Made by a program: the position numbers and the translations under genes. DNA of 64,000 bases from Candidatus Poseidoniales archaeon (GTDB lineage: Archaea > Thermoplasmatota > Poseidoniia > Poseidoniales > Poseidoniaceae). The notes beneath the pieces were generated by a model. The model was not told where the DNA came from. It saw only the letters and a program-made list of their open reading frames with translations, and did no database searches. Of this stretch, positions 10,060 to 20,850 are shown one piece after another. Location: the NCBI GenBank assembly GCA_019651595.1, contig BOYQ01000003.1:71627-135626 (forward strand), read 5' to 3'. Position 1 is the first letter of the stretch, and each line of letters opens with the position of its first letter.

Positions 10060-12572
10060 ATGGGAGGTGGCGTTCGGTTGGCGAAGCGAAACAGCCTCCT
10101 GATGATTCTCCTGCTTCTCCTCCCCGTGATTCACGTGGTTCAGGCTCAAGGGGGTGCGGTGCTCATCCAGACCGACTCGTTTTCGCTGGCCGACGGAGAA
10201 ACCGTGCAAGACGCCAACGTCTCCGCCACGTTGGTGCTGCATGAAGGCATGGGCGCCAGTGCGAACGTTTCCATCCTGCTTCTCGTCGAATCCATGGAAG
10301 GTGAGGTCGTCAGCAATCGCACACAGCAAGTGCCAGAACTCAGCGCTCATGAAACCCTCAACCTGACCGTCACCTTTGTGGGTCTCCCCTACGGTCATAG
10401 CGTGTTGATCGCAACCCTCGTCGGTGAGGTGGGTGCCGACAACACCACCCATGCAGCGACCGTCTCGGTGTCGGTCCAGCGGCTTCGTCCGCTGGCTGTG
10501 TCTCTCGGCGGCACGGGAAGCGTCGTCGCCGAAGGTGGGGGCGCAACGGCGATGCCACGGGGAACTTTACCCCCCCGTGATGGCGATCGCCGCGGTTGCG
10601 TTTCCGGTCATCAACAACGGGGATGTCAACTGGACGGGCGGCGCCACCTTGGACCTCGTCAACGGTGAGCAACATGAGACGGTGGTCGTTTCCAATTTGA
10701 GCGTTCTCGCAGCGGCCTCGACCGTCGTCGAGGTGGCGCCTGCGATGATGATCGGCGAAGGTCTCGTGAACTGGTGGGTCAACCTCACGGGGGAACTCGG
10801 GGCCGAACCCGGCACCCATGCTTTGAACGGTTCATGGACGGTTGCTCCTCCTCCACTCCCTCTCCTTAACGGCGAGATGTCATCCGATGCAGGTTCGGTT
10901 CAAGCCGGTGAGGTCATGACGATTTCGTTGTACGTTTGGAACAACGGGAGCGTGGCTTTCCAGGGAGGCCTGGCGTGCTCGAACGTGGACGGTGAACTGT
11001 TCAATTCCAGCTCGCTCAACCTGGCGCCCGGCGCATCGCAAAATTGGAGTTTCACCACTTCGGCCAAACCCATGGTGGTGTCTTGTGCTCCTTACAGTGG
11101 CCGCCTCGATTCCAGTTCAGCCATGCCGGTCACCCTGGGCATCGACATGCCCTCGGCCGTCTTTGAATCGGCCGGTTCAAGCGTCCCCTCCTTGGCCGGT
11201 GGGCCGTGGCACAAAGGGGACGTTGTTTCTGCCAACATGCTCTGAGAAACACGGAAGCCTCGACGGTCGCTCGATTGACGCTCACGGCCGGCACCACGCA
11301 GAGCCACGGGAATGGGTCGCGTTGATGAGGGTGCTGCCGGTGAGATTTTTGCATCGCTGCAGTTTCTCAACGACGGACAACAAACCCTGAGTTGGTCGCT
11401 GGAGAGCGACGACGGCCTCGTCGTCGGTGAGGCCTCGGCAATCTCACGGACCGTCCGTCCGCAACAGTCCATCTCCGTCGCCATCGTTGCGTCGAGGAAA
11501 CCTCCGAGGACGGTGTTCAATTGCCGTTCACCTCTGACTTGGACGAGGGGTTGAACGCACGGTGCTCTTGCAAGTCGGCTGAGCGGGCGGAGCGTCGGTG
11601 TTCCTCAAGAAAACAACCTCCAACTCCAAGGGGGCCTTCACGTGTTCACCTTCGCGTTCGGTGAAGTTGACGCCGACCAAATCGTGGCTCAGGTCGCCCC
11701 GGTGAACTGGCTGGTTGGCCCGGGCCCGCTGGCAACCTCGGCCTCCTTGCCAGATAGCAACACCCAATTTTGGGTTGAATTTGGCGCCACGACCGACCCG
11801 ATACGACCCGTGCAGGGCGATGAAACACAAATCGACCTGACCTTCCAGCAATCGGGGCCGTTTCTGGATGTCCAAGGCGATCTTTGGGTATCGGATGCTT
11901 ACGGAACCCGACTCGCAAAGGTATCTTCGCCCTCGTGGAACGGTGGCTCCCAAGCCACTCTCACGGTCAACATCGTCTCGGCCCAAAGGCAGCAACGTCG
12001 GGCTGCAAGCGACCTGGCAAATCGACGGTCAACTGGTGTCCTCGGAGGCGACCTACGTCTCTGGAGAAGTCGTGGTGGAATCGTCCAACGACTTGCCCAT
12101 CGGCGCCATTGTGCTGGGTCTTGCACTGGGCGGGGCTGCGGTCCTGTTGCTTCGGCTTCAGGGACAGCGGGGCTCCGCTTCAACCAAGCGTCCCTCCTCT
12201 GCAGCCGCTTCAACCGCGCCGCCTACCAAGGTCGCAAGCAACGAAAAGCGAGAAGTTTCCTGCCCTGAATGCGATCGCCGGCTCCGTGTACCGGTGTCCT
12301 ACGCTGGCACCGTGGGTTGCCCTGATTGCAGCCATAAATTTGCGGTGGAGTCCCAAGCGGCGCCTGCTCCGTCCTCCACTTCCACGCCCGATCCAGATGA
12401 GGATGACGAGGTGGTTGAGGTTCAAGAGGAGGCGGAACCAACGCCCGCCGAGAAAGTCGAGGTCGGTTGCCCGGAGTGCGCACAAACGCTGAGAATCCCC
12501 GGCACGTATGCAGGCTCTGTTCGCTGTCCAGCCTGCACGCATGTGTTCAAATCCCACGAAGGTGTACGGTGA
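10060..12572 (+). CDS. large surface protein with signal peptide, single TM helix and a cytoplasmic tail carrying two CPxC...CPxC zinc ribbons; several frameshifts
   Basis: Fragments are 9982-10668, 10424-11245, 11312-11554, 11642-12268 and 11868-12572. The signal peptide is 'LLMILLLLLPVIHVVQAQG' and the TM helix is 'IGAIVLGLALGGAAVLLL'. The tail contains 'CPECDRRLRVPVSYAGTVGCPDCSHKF' and 'CPECAQTLRIPGTYAGSVRCPACTHVF', which resemble MJ0042-type fingers. Confidence 0.65.
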
Positions 12573-12586
12573 ACAGGGGTCGGACC

Positions 12587-13255
12587 ATGGTTGGGCACTT
12601 CCAAGAGTTCGAGGACGAATACCTCGAAATGATGTATGAATTTCACGAAGAGACCCCGGGTGGCGTTGTTCGGACGGGGGATTTGGCCTCCAAACTCGGC
12701 GTGAGTCCTGCATCGGCCACCGAAATGGTCCAGCGACTCGCCACTCGCGGCTACCTCGAATACATCCCCTACAAGGGCGCTCGTCTGACCGAAGACGGCC
12801 TCGCTCACGGCCAGAAAATGAAGCGTCGCCATCGACTGGCAGAGGTCCTTCTCGAACTGCTCCCTTACGAAGGCAATCCGCATGAAACCGCCTGTCGATT
12901 GGAACACGCCATCGATGACGACATGGAGGTCGCCCTGTCCCGCCTCATCACCAAAGACACCCTCGACCCCAGCGGCCGGACCATTCCTGACCCAACCGAG
13001 GACATCGCCGCCCGACTGAACGGCTTACCGCCGACATGTGCGTTGGCGGACATGGAGGTTGGAACCGCTGGTCGGCTCTCCGTCGTTCTGATGCCCGCAG
13101 GTGAGATGGAAGCCATGGCTCAAAGCGGCTTTGCTGCAGGTGCCCACATCACGCGGACGGAGGGTGGCTTCGCTCTGGAGAACGGTTGGGTCGCCCAGCT
13201 TTCGGAGGGCGCCATGAAGTCAGTTTTCATTGACATCATCGACCATTCGGTGTGA
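12587..13255 (+). CDS. DtxR/MntR-family metal-dependent transcriptional repressor with C-terminal FeoA/SH3-like domain
   Basis: 'EDEYLEMMYEF...VRTGDLASKLGVSPASATEMVQRLATRGYLEYIPYKGARLTEDGLAHGQKMKRRHRLAEVLL' is the DtxR winged-helix plus dimerisation region. The internal ATG at 12587 was chosen as the start. Confidence 0.85.
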   Translation: MVGHFQEFEDEYLEMMYEFHEETPGGVVRTGDLASKLGVSPASATEMVQRLATRGYLEYIPYKGARLTEDGLAHGQKMKRRHRLAEVLLELLPYEGNPHETACRLEHAIDDDMEVALSRLITKDTLDPSGRTIPDPTEDIAARLNGLPPTCALADMEVGTAGRLSVVLMPAGEMEAMAQSGFAAGAHITRTEGGFALENGWVAQLSEGAMKSVFIDIIDHSV

Positions 13256-13287
13256 ACACTTTAGAACACACCTCCTCATCCCGCTGC

Positions 13288-14827
13288 ATGGCAGATGAGG
13301 TTCCACAAGCGGTGGAAGAAGACGAGGATGCACCCGTCGCCGAAGAAAAAAGCGGGTTTGGGTTCCAACTGTCCGAATCCATTGTCCACGCCATTGACCG
13401 GCAAATCGTCAGTTCGGGTCTACGTCTGATTCTGTTCTTGCCCGGGTTTGCGGCCTTCACGTTCTTCTTCAGTTGGGCGTTCGCACAAGCCTCACCCACG
13501 TTTTGGGAAGCCAACATTGAACCCAACCTCGGGCTTGGTTTCTCCACCTTCCTGGCCAGTTTGGGGTTCGTGGTGGTGTTTGGGTTACATCCTCGCCGTG
13601 GGTTTCCATCGATACCGGGTCAGCGTCTCCCTCGCGACGTTTCACGACCGCGTGGAGGCATCCAACGACGAGCATCGTTCGGTTCAGTCCCTTCACGGCT
13701 ATGACGGGCTGTTGTATCAGTTACAGAATTCCATGGGCCATCATACCAAGTCCCTGGCCCTAGCCGTCCTGTCTGCGGCGACCCTTATCGCCGTGTTCTG
13801 GTACGGCACTGGGACGGTCTACGGGAATCTTTTCCTGCTCGTGGCGGCCTCGTTCCTGCTCCTCTCTGTCGGCCAACACCTCCCCACCAGAAGCACGCCG
13901 TTCAACATGGTGGAACAAACGGGACTTCTGGCTGCCTACACGCCGCCCGTTCACCCTTCGACCCTGAACATGGTGTTCAACGACCTCATCAAAACGCACA
14001 TGGATCCGTTGCTTCGCTCCCAATACGACGAATACACCAAAGTGCTCGAAGGGTCCTTCAAGCGCGGCATTGATCGAAGTTTTGCCCACGAGAAATTTCT
14101 GATGACCCTCTACCGACACGCTACGGGACTGGACCGAAAAACACTGGAATCGGAGATGGCCGAAATTCTGACCAAGAAAGGTATGGAGCACGTGTTTTCC
14201 AACGATACGTTCACCCTCGAGGCATGGCTGATTCTCCTCGGCCTCATCAACCAACGCTGCCCTGCCTTCTTCCGGATGGTCGACCGCCTCAAGCAGGATC
14301 TTGAAGGTGGACGCGAACCGGCCATGTCCGACCTCATCTTCGAGGTTGACATGGAGAACGTTGTCACCGACAAAGCGAACCTCTTCACCCTGTTCCACAA
14401 CCTCTCTGACAAAACAAGAACCGTGGTCTTCCGCGTCCAAACCCCGAATTTTGAACCCAAAGACCTCGCCCTGACCTACCGCCTTGAACCGGGTGAGCAA
14501 TACTGGTGGTCCTCCGAGGCGCTCCCGCTGGCAGCGGAAGGCAACGAAGACGTGTTGGGCAAGATGTCCGGTCTTCTCAAGGACAGCACGGTGTCTTGGC
14601 AAACCCTCATTCCGACCAGCGTTGGCGACGCCACCGTCTCCGTTCGACTGGAGGAGACCAACGGCGAGCTGCTGCTGGGGCGTCAGATCAACGTCCGCGT
14701 TCGCGCTGAATTCCGTCAGTGGTTGCGTTCCACCAGCACCTACGTGTCGTACCTGTTCGGTGGCCTTGGTTTGGTGGTGGCCAGCATCCGCTTCGTGATG
14801 GTGCTGCTCAACGATGTTGGTGCCTGA
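13288..14827 (+). CDS. hypothetical multi-pass membrane protein (one frameshift near 13590)
   Basis: Fragments 13252-13704 and 13448-14827. Several hydrophobic helices are present, for example 'LRLILFLPGFAAFTFFFSWAF', 'LALAVLSAATLIAVFWYG' and the C-terminal 'YLFGGLGLVVASIRFVMVLL'. No family recognised. Confidence 0.6.
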
Positions 14828-14881
14828 TAGCGCGCCCTCGCCCAGCCATAGGCTTGAAATGGAGAAGGTGGTGGAGGCTTC

Positions 14882-15883
14882 ATGCGCGGCATGCCCAAAG
14901 ATGCTGAGAAAAACCCTGACGCAGACAAACTTGCGGAACTCAGGGACATGGAAGCGAAGGTCCGCAGGATGCGAGACAATCGAAATTCCCTTCGTGATCA
15001 GGGCAAAGCGATGGCCAAGAAGCGAAACGCCGTTCAAGACCAATACAAGGAGCATCGAGAAAAGCTGACGCTGATGAAAGCGGAACTCGATGCCATCCAC
15101 GCCGAGCGAAACATGCACCGGGCAAAGCGAGACGCCGTGAATGAGCAACTTCGTGATCTCTTCGCACAGGTCAAAGGTCGTCGGGGCGAACACGGCGAGA
15201 AGAAATCGGCCACGGCTGAATATTCTCAACTCTTGAGTCAAATCAACAACCTCGAAGAGCAATTCCAAACCACGTCCTCCAGCACCAAGAAGGAAAAAGA
15301 GACGATGGAACGCATCAAGCGAATGAAGCGCCGTGCCGAGGAGTTGGAACCCGAAGTGGCGAAATTTGAGATGGTCGCCGTTGACCTCTCCAACCTTGAC
15401 GAAGCGATTGCGACGCTCAAAGCGGAATCCGACGATGCGCACAACCTCTTCGTGGAGGCGCTCAAGCGAGCCGACGAAAAGTGGGCCGAATACAAAGAAG
15501 CTCTCGACCACCGTGATTTCCTCAAGGCGGAGGGCGACCGGCACCACAACGAATCGGTGGAATTCCACGAAAAGGCCAACGCCATTCACGAGAAGATCGA
15601 CGAACTGATGGTCAACGTGAACAAGGCTCGAGACGAACTCAACATGGCTCGCCAGGAGCGAGAGTCCTGGATCACCGACCACAACAAGTCCGTGAAGGCC
15701 GAGATGAAAACCGGTGCAGAATCGGACGAGGTTGCTGACATGCTCGTTCAATCCCTGCTTTCAGACGGTGAGCTGGTCTTTGGCGGTGTTGGCCGAGAGG
15801 ACAACACCCAGAAATCCAAGCGCGGTGGCGCATCCTCGAAGAAGAAAAACATGCGCCGCATGGGTCCCATTCGCCGACGCTGA
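14882..15883 (+). CDS. archaeal coiled-coil protein (COG1340-like), paralog 3
   Basis: 333 aa with the same composition and periodicity as 6867-7742 and 8667-9521. The tail is basic ('KRGGASSKKKNMRRMGPIRRR'). Confidence 0.7.
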   Translation: MRGMPKDAEKNPDADKLAELRDMEAKVRRMRDNRNSLRDQGKAMAKKRNAVQDQYKEHREKLTLMKAELDAIHAERNMHRAKRDAVNEQLRDLFAQVKGRRGEHGEKKSATAEYSQLLSQINNLEEQFQTTSSSTKKEKETMERIKRMKRRAEELEPEVAKFEMVAVDLSNLDEAIATLKAESDDAHNLFVEALKRADEKWAEYKEALDHRDFLKAEGDRHHNESVEFHEKANAIHEKIDELMVNVNKARDELNMARQERESWITDHNKSVKAEMKTGAESDEVADMLVQSLLSDGELVFGGVGREDNTQKSKRGGASSKKKNMRRMGPIRRR

Positions 15884-15892
15884 GGTTGTTCG

Positions 15893-16972
15893 ATGTTGGG
15901 CATCATCATGGCCGGTGGCCAGGGCAGCCGGTTGATGCCGCTGACCGCCACCCGGCCCAAACCAATGGTGGAAGTGCTGGGTCGTCCCGTCATTGATTTT
16001 GTCAAAGACGCCATGGTGGAGGCGGGTATCGAGGAGATCGTTGTCACGACCGGATACCGAGGTGAACAACTTCAGGCTCACGTCGACGGTTGGTCGACCA
16101 CGCTCCCCGACGGTCGCTCGATTTCGGCCCGCATCAATCAAGAAACCACGCCGATGGGAACGGCTGGAAGCGTTGGCCTCCTGCGCGACCACATCACCAC
16201 CACCTGCGTTGTTGGGTCAGGTGATTCGGTGGCTTCCTTTGACATCGCTTCATTGTTGGCGGCTCACCGGGCAAACGGAGCGAAGGTGACCATGGCGCTT
16301 TGGGAGGTCGACAACCCGTCCGAGTTCGGCATCGTGGGCCTTTCTGGCGACCAGGCGGGTGAGGTCGATGGCGATTTACGCCAAGGCTACATTCGCCGTT
16401 TCTTGGAAAAGCCGTCTCCTGAGGAAGCGTTTAGCAACGTCATTAATGCTGGCCTCTACATCCTCGAGCCGGAGGTGTTCGACCACGTTCCGGTCGGCGA
16501 AAAATTCGATTTCAGCAAGCAACTCTTCCCTAAATTACTCGAATTGGGATGGCCAATGTACGCACAAACCATCGACGGTGTTTGGTTTGATGTCGGTCAT
16601 CCGTTTGAACTCATCAACGCACAGGCCACGCTGATGCAGCGCTACGATGAACTCCCGTTTTCCTATCCGGCGACCTACGCGCAGGACGGCGACGTGTTGT
16701 GCGCAAGCAGTGCCCAGGTGACGGGTTTGGTTGCCCGCTCCGTGCTCGGTCCGCTCACCGTCGTCGGCGATGAAGCGTCGGTGGTCGATTCCATGTTGAT
16801 GGAGGGGTGCCGTGTTGAGCAACGGGCTCGGGTGACTGGCTCGGTCATCGGTTGCAATGTGATTGTTCCTGCCGGCACGACCGTGGAGTCTTGCGTCATC
16901 GGTGATGGTGCTGTCCTCGAAGCCGGTGCAACCTACACGGACCAAAAAATCAGCAACCCTGTGGGACCGTAG
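15893..16972 (+). CDS. sugar-1-phosphate nucleotidyltransferase (NDP-sugar pyrophosphorylase) with C-terminal left-handed beta-helix
   Basis: The N-terminal 'IIMAGGQGSRLMPLTATRPKPMVEV' is the G-x-G-x-R-L signature. The hexapeptide-like C-terminus is 'VIGCNVIVPAGTTVESCVIGDGAVLEAG'. Confidence 0.85.
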   Translation: MLGIIMAGGQGSRLMPLTATRPKPMVEVLGRPVIDFVKDAMVEAGIEEIVVTTGYRGEQLQAHVDGWSTTLPDGRSISARINQETTPMGTAGSVGLLRDHITTTCVVGSGDSVASFDIASLLAAHRANGAKVTMALWEVDNPSEFGIVGLSGDQAGEVDGDLRQGYIRRFLEKPSPEEAFSNVINAGLYILEPEVFDHVPVGEKFDFSKQLFPKLLELGWPMYAQTIDGVWFDVGHPFELINAQATLMQRYDELPFSYPATYAQDGDVLCASSAQVTGLVARSVLGPLTVVGDEASVVDSMLMEGCRVEQRARVTGSVIGCNVIVPAGTTVESCVIGDGAVLEAGATYTDQKISNPVGP

Positions 16973-17017
16973 GAAAAGCATCTAAGAAGGGCGGGTGAAG
17001 GCGTCAGGGCGAAGCCC

Positions 17018-17251
17018 ATGAGTTCTCCACCCCACCGAACCTACGAACGCACGTGGGCTGAAATTGAGAGCATGCTCGAGCAGGCCACTGAAAAAATGCA
17101 TCAGTGGAAGGAATGGTACGACATGTGCAAATCGGAGGACGATAAGGACGGGATGAAGGAAGCCGCCCGAAATCACAAGGCCCTTCAAGGCGTGGTAAAG
17201 ACACTCAAGTGGACCCTCGGAGAAGAGGGCATCGACGACCCGCTGAGTTGA
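17018..17251 (+). CDS. hypothetical small acidic protein
   Basis: 77-aa ORF filling the gap between convergent genes. No motif recognised. Confidence 0.35.
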   Translation: MSSPPHRTYERTWAEIESMLEQATEKMHQWKEWYDMCKSEDDKDGMKEAARNHKALQGVVKTLKWTLGEEGIDDPLS

Positions 17252-17255
17252 GAAC

Positions 17256-18253
17256 TCACCAGCCGCGCTGGTCCAAACGAACCTCAAGGGTTTCCAGTTC
17301 ATCGCCCTTCATTGGAATGCCTTCCATCATGGCCATGGCTTCAGCAACCTTGCTGGGTTCGTCGTAGTGCGCCGTGGCCATGACGATGGCGTCGGCCATC
17401 GTGGGCGGATCGCTTGACTTGAAGATACCAGAGCCGACGAAAACGCCGTCCATGCCCATCTGCATCATCAACGAGGCGTCGGCTGGGGTGGCGATGCCAC
17501 CCGCTGAGAACGTGACGACGGGGAGGCGGCCGAGGCGGTGGACGTCGTCCAACACGGAGCGAACACCGGCGTGCATGTCATCGCCAATCGGTCCGAAGGG
17601 GGTACCCAAGTGGGTTCCGGGGAGCTCGGAGTGGGAGGCGAGGACTCGGTATCGTTCCATGATTTTCTCAGTGGCGAGATCCAATCCGTGATCGTCGAGG
17701 GACTGAACCTGTTGAATTTCTTGGTCGATGAGTCGTGCGTGGGTACTGCGGCCACCACGTTGCCGGTTCCAGCCTCGCCCTTGGTGCGAATCATGGCGGC
17801 GCCTTCCCAGATACGACGAACGGCTTCACCAAGGCCGGTGGCGCCGCAAACGAAGGGTATGCCGTAGTCGTGTTTGTTGATGTGGAAGTAGGGGTCGGCT
17901 GGCGTGAGGACTTCACTTTCGTCCACCATGTCAACGCCCATCGCTTCCAAAATTCGTGCCTCACCGTCGTGGCCAATTCGTGATTTGGCCATCACAGGGA
18001 TGGAGGTGCAGTCGAGGATGCCTTGAATCATGTCGGGGTGGCTCATTCGAGCGACGCCACCCGCTTTTCGGATGTCAGCAGGCACGCGCTCAAGCGCCAT
18101 GACGGCGACGGCTCCAGCGTCCTCTGCTACGGCGGCTTGTTCGGGGTTGACAACGTCCATGATGACGCCGCCTTGTTGCATTCGTGCGAAGCCTCGCTTG
18201 AGGAGGTCGCTGCCTTTGCGGAACTGAGAAAAGTCGGTTTTCATGGTGCTCAC
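17256..18253 (-). CDS. pdxS: pyridoxal 5'-phosphate synthase lyase subunit PdxS (one frameshift near 17740)
   Basis: Fragments 17468-18253 ('[43 protein letters not shown]...[28 protein letters not shown]...[13 protein letters not shown]') and 17256-17684 ('[37 protein letters not shown]') match PdxS. Confidence 0.9.
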
Positions 18254-18308
18254 GGGTCAGCCTGGTCGGCCTCCCTTATGACGGTTGGTTCTTCGTCGTG
18301 TGGCCGCT

Positions 18309-18584
18309 TCAGTCTGCCAGGACGGGGGAGTCGCCTTCAGCGATTTCAGCGTCGACGGATTCCTCGGCGTTTCGGTCGATCCACGCCTCTTCTCCCTCGG
18401 GGACATCGGTGTCAGCGAAAATGGCGTCCACGGGGCACTCGGGGATGCAGGCGCCGCAGTCAATGCACTCATCGGGGTCGATAACGAGGTACGTTTCAGC
18501 CTCACGGAAGGCTTCGACCGGGCAAACAGCAACGCATTCCTGGTACTTGTGGTCAACGCAGGGGGATGTAACAACGTGGGGCAT
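18309..18584 (-). CDS. ferredoxin (FdxA-like, [3Fe-4S][4Fe-4S] type)
   Basis: 'CVDHKYQECVAVCPVEAF...DECIDCGACIPECPVDAI' shows the typical Cys spacing. Confidence 0.85.
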   Translation of the reverse strand: MPHVVTSPCVDHKYQECVAVCPVEAFREAETYLVIDPDECIDCGACIPECPVDAIFADTDVPEGEEAWIDRNAEESVDAEIAEGDSPVLAD

Positions 18585-18658
18585 GATGATTCCTCACCCA
18601 TGCCACGACGGATGGCCTACTTAATCTCTTGTCAGCACGAGATTTTGGTTTCGCACCA

Positions 18659-18671
18659 CCGAAAAAATCGG
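18659..18671 (-). terminator. oligo-T tract with short hairpin directly after the stop of the ASST-like gene
   Basis: The minus-strand reading is CCGATTTTTTCGG. T6 tracts are typical archaeal termination signals. Confidence 0.3.
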
Positions 18672-20845
18672 TTAGGTTCGCCTGCGAGCGAGCCACCAAA
18701 GTCCGCTGCCGAAAACGGTGAACAGAAGCAGGGCGGCAACGGGAAGAGCCGCACCGTCAAACATGGAAGCGGTCGCCGTGTCGCCGACTTCATTGGTGGT
18801 GCTTTCAGACGCGTTGACCTGCTCGGTGATGTTCTCTGAGTCCTCGAGCTGGTCCGTCGGGGAGGTGTCGCATGCATCAGGCACACCGTCGCCGTCCGTG
18901 TCCTGCGTGTCGTCCCCCTCGCACATGTCTTGGTCGTCGGCGATGCCGTCACCGTCGCTGTCAAGGAGGTCATCGCAACCGTCCGGTGTTCCGTCTCCGT
19001 CTTGGTCCACGGCGTCGTCGTGCCCCTGACAGCGGTCCTCCGAGTCTGCTGTTCCATCGCCATCTTGGTCGATCAGGTCGTCACACCCGTCGGGTGTTCC
19101 ATCCTCGTCTTGGTCCACGGCGTCGTCATGTCCTTGACAACGGTCGTCTGAGTCTTTTACTCCGTCAGCGTCGCTGTCAACGAATTCATCGCAGGCGTCG
19201 GGTGTGTTGTCCTGATCGAGGTCCAGGTTGTCATCCCCGGCAAGGCATCGATCGAACGGGTCGGGGACGCCATCGCCGTCCGTGTCATCCACGCAACCGT
19301 CGCCGTCTCGATCCCAACCCCACGCCTCTTCTGACGGACAGCGGTCGGTCCACTGCTCCAAGTAAGAGCCGGATGAGATGGTTTGACCGGTAGCGTTCAG
19401 GTAGCCCGACGTGTAGTGCGTGCCTTTGAAGATCGCGTTGGCGGTGCTCCCGGCCCGATTTCCTTCCGGAATCACTTCACCCTGCGTGAACGGTCCACTC
19501 GAACCGATGGGGCCGATGTAGGTCCAGACGATCTCACCCTTGGGCGAGACTTCGTAGAGGGTGCCTTGTGTGCCGTAGGTCACCAACACGTGGCCGTTGG
19601 GCAAGGCCTGTGCGCCGGAGATGGAACCGGCGTACATGGCTTCACCTTGGTCCCACGACCATGCGGGTCCTGGGGGGCCGTAGGTCCCGTTTTCTTCAAG
19701 CGTGTAGGAGCCGTTTTCCAAGGTCGGTTGGATGATGTCAACCGAAGAGTAGGCCGGATATCGTCCGTTTCCATTGTTGAACACGATGAGGCCACCTTCT
19801 TGGCCGTGCCCCGCCTGAATCCATTGAACGTCGTGTTGGGCGAACAGTTGCTGATCGCTCGACAGGCCTCGGTCGTACACTTGTGGGTTACCCCAGCGAT
19901 ACAGGATGTCCCCACCTTTCCCCGACACACCTCCGGTGCTGCCGGCGGCTTCCTCGGTGGTGGTGCTGTGATTCGATGATGTACACCTCGTTCATGCTGC
20001 GGCAAGAAAGCGCGATTTGGTCGAGATGGGGGTTGTAATCAATGCCGTTGCAGTGCATCCAATCGGCGCGACCCGCTGCGTTTCCTGTTCCGCCCATGTA
20101 GTTAATGTCGATCTTTCCAGGGCTGTCAGCCACCACACCGTAATTGTCCTTGGTTTCGTCGTGGTCCTGAACAAGATGGTCCCATGCATGCCATTTCCAA
20201 ACGATTTCTGCATCGTTGGTGCCGACGGGTTTCACCTCGATGATGTGGTCGGGCCAGACGTTGTTTTGGCCGCCGGGTGAATCGCTGGCGATGGCTGGAT
20301 CACGGCCGGCCTGAAGGGCTTCTTCTTCGCTTCGATCTTCCCAAGCGATCATCAAGATGTTACCGTTGGGCATCGGCTCGATGTCGTGGTGCGTGATGAC
20401 GTCGACGCGGTCGTAACCTCCACGACCACTCCAGCGTCCCGTCCCATGCGATTCGCTCAACTTTCCCGGACGTGCCCCCACCGGAGAAGTTTCCAACGGC
20501 GTTGTTGGCGTTGTTGGCCGTCCGGAGCAAGTCACCGTCGGGGAGGAGGTAGGCAGAAAGGGCCGGCCGGTGTTCGCCTGGCGAAGTCCAATGATGCACG
20601 TATCGTCCCTCATGGTCGATGAGGTACGTGGTGTTGGAGGGGATGGGAGAAAACAACGTGTAACCCAGCGCCGCACCCTCCTCGCACATGACAAGACCCA
20701 TGGTCCAGTTGGCGCGGTCGGCGTTGCAGGTCGGGGTTGGGCGGTGGGTTTCCTCGGTGTGTTCGCCCACGCTGATGGGGACCCACATCAGCATCAACGC
20801 CACCAAACACAACGACACCAAGGTGCGATGCTCATCGACGTTCAT
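18672..20845 (-). CDS. arylsulfotransferase (ASST)-like beta-propeller exoprotein with C-terminal DxDxDG repeats and TM anchor; two frameshifts
   Basis: Fragments 20360-20845 (signal 'LVSLCLVALMLMWVPISVG', then 'GYTLFSPIPSNTTYLIDHEGRYVHHW'), 19888-20694 ('HHDIEPMPNGNILMIAWE...WHAWDHLVQD...HCNGIDYNP') and 18672-19928 ('LYRWGNPQVY...') join into one reading. The Asp-rich repeats are 'DRCQGHDDAVDQDxDGTPDGCDDL' and the terminal TM is 'AALPVAALLLFTVFGSGLWWLARRR'. Confidence 0.65.
18939..19154 (-). repeat. tandem duplication, 2 x 108 bp (36 aa) inside the ASST-like gene
   Basis: 'DSDDRCQGHDDAVDQDEDGTPDGCDDLIDQDGDGTA' is followed by 'DSEDRCQGHDDAVDQDGDGTPDGCDDLLDSDGDGIA'. The two copies are nearly identical at the DNA level. 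Confidence 0.8.
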
Positions 20846-20850
20846 GCGTG

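Noticed and set aside
13246-13275. Imperfect inverted repeat GGTGTG-n12-CACACC at the dtxR stop codon as a possible metal-repressor operator
   Set aside because: It has only 6-bp arms with a long spacer and no resemblance to known DtxR/MntR boxes that I can recall. It is too weak to report as a site.
13760-15751. 663-aa ORF on the minus strand, one of the longest single ORFs in the track
   Set aside because: It lies entirely antisense to two plus-strand genes with credible protein features: the membrane protein 13288-14827 and the coiled-coil protein 14882-15883. Its translation is V/G/L/H/F-rich mirror sequence of a GAA/AAG-rich coding strand. It is a typical shadow ORF in GC-rich DNA.
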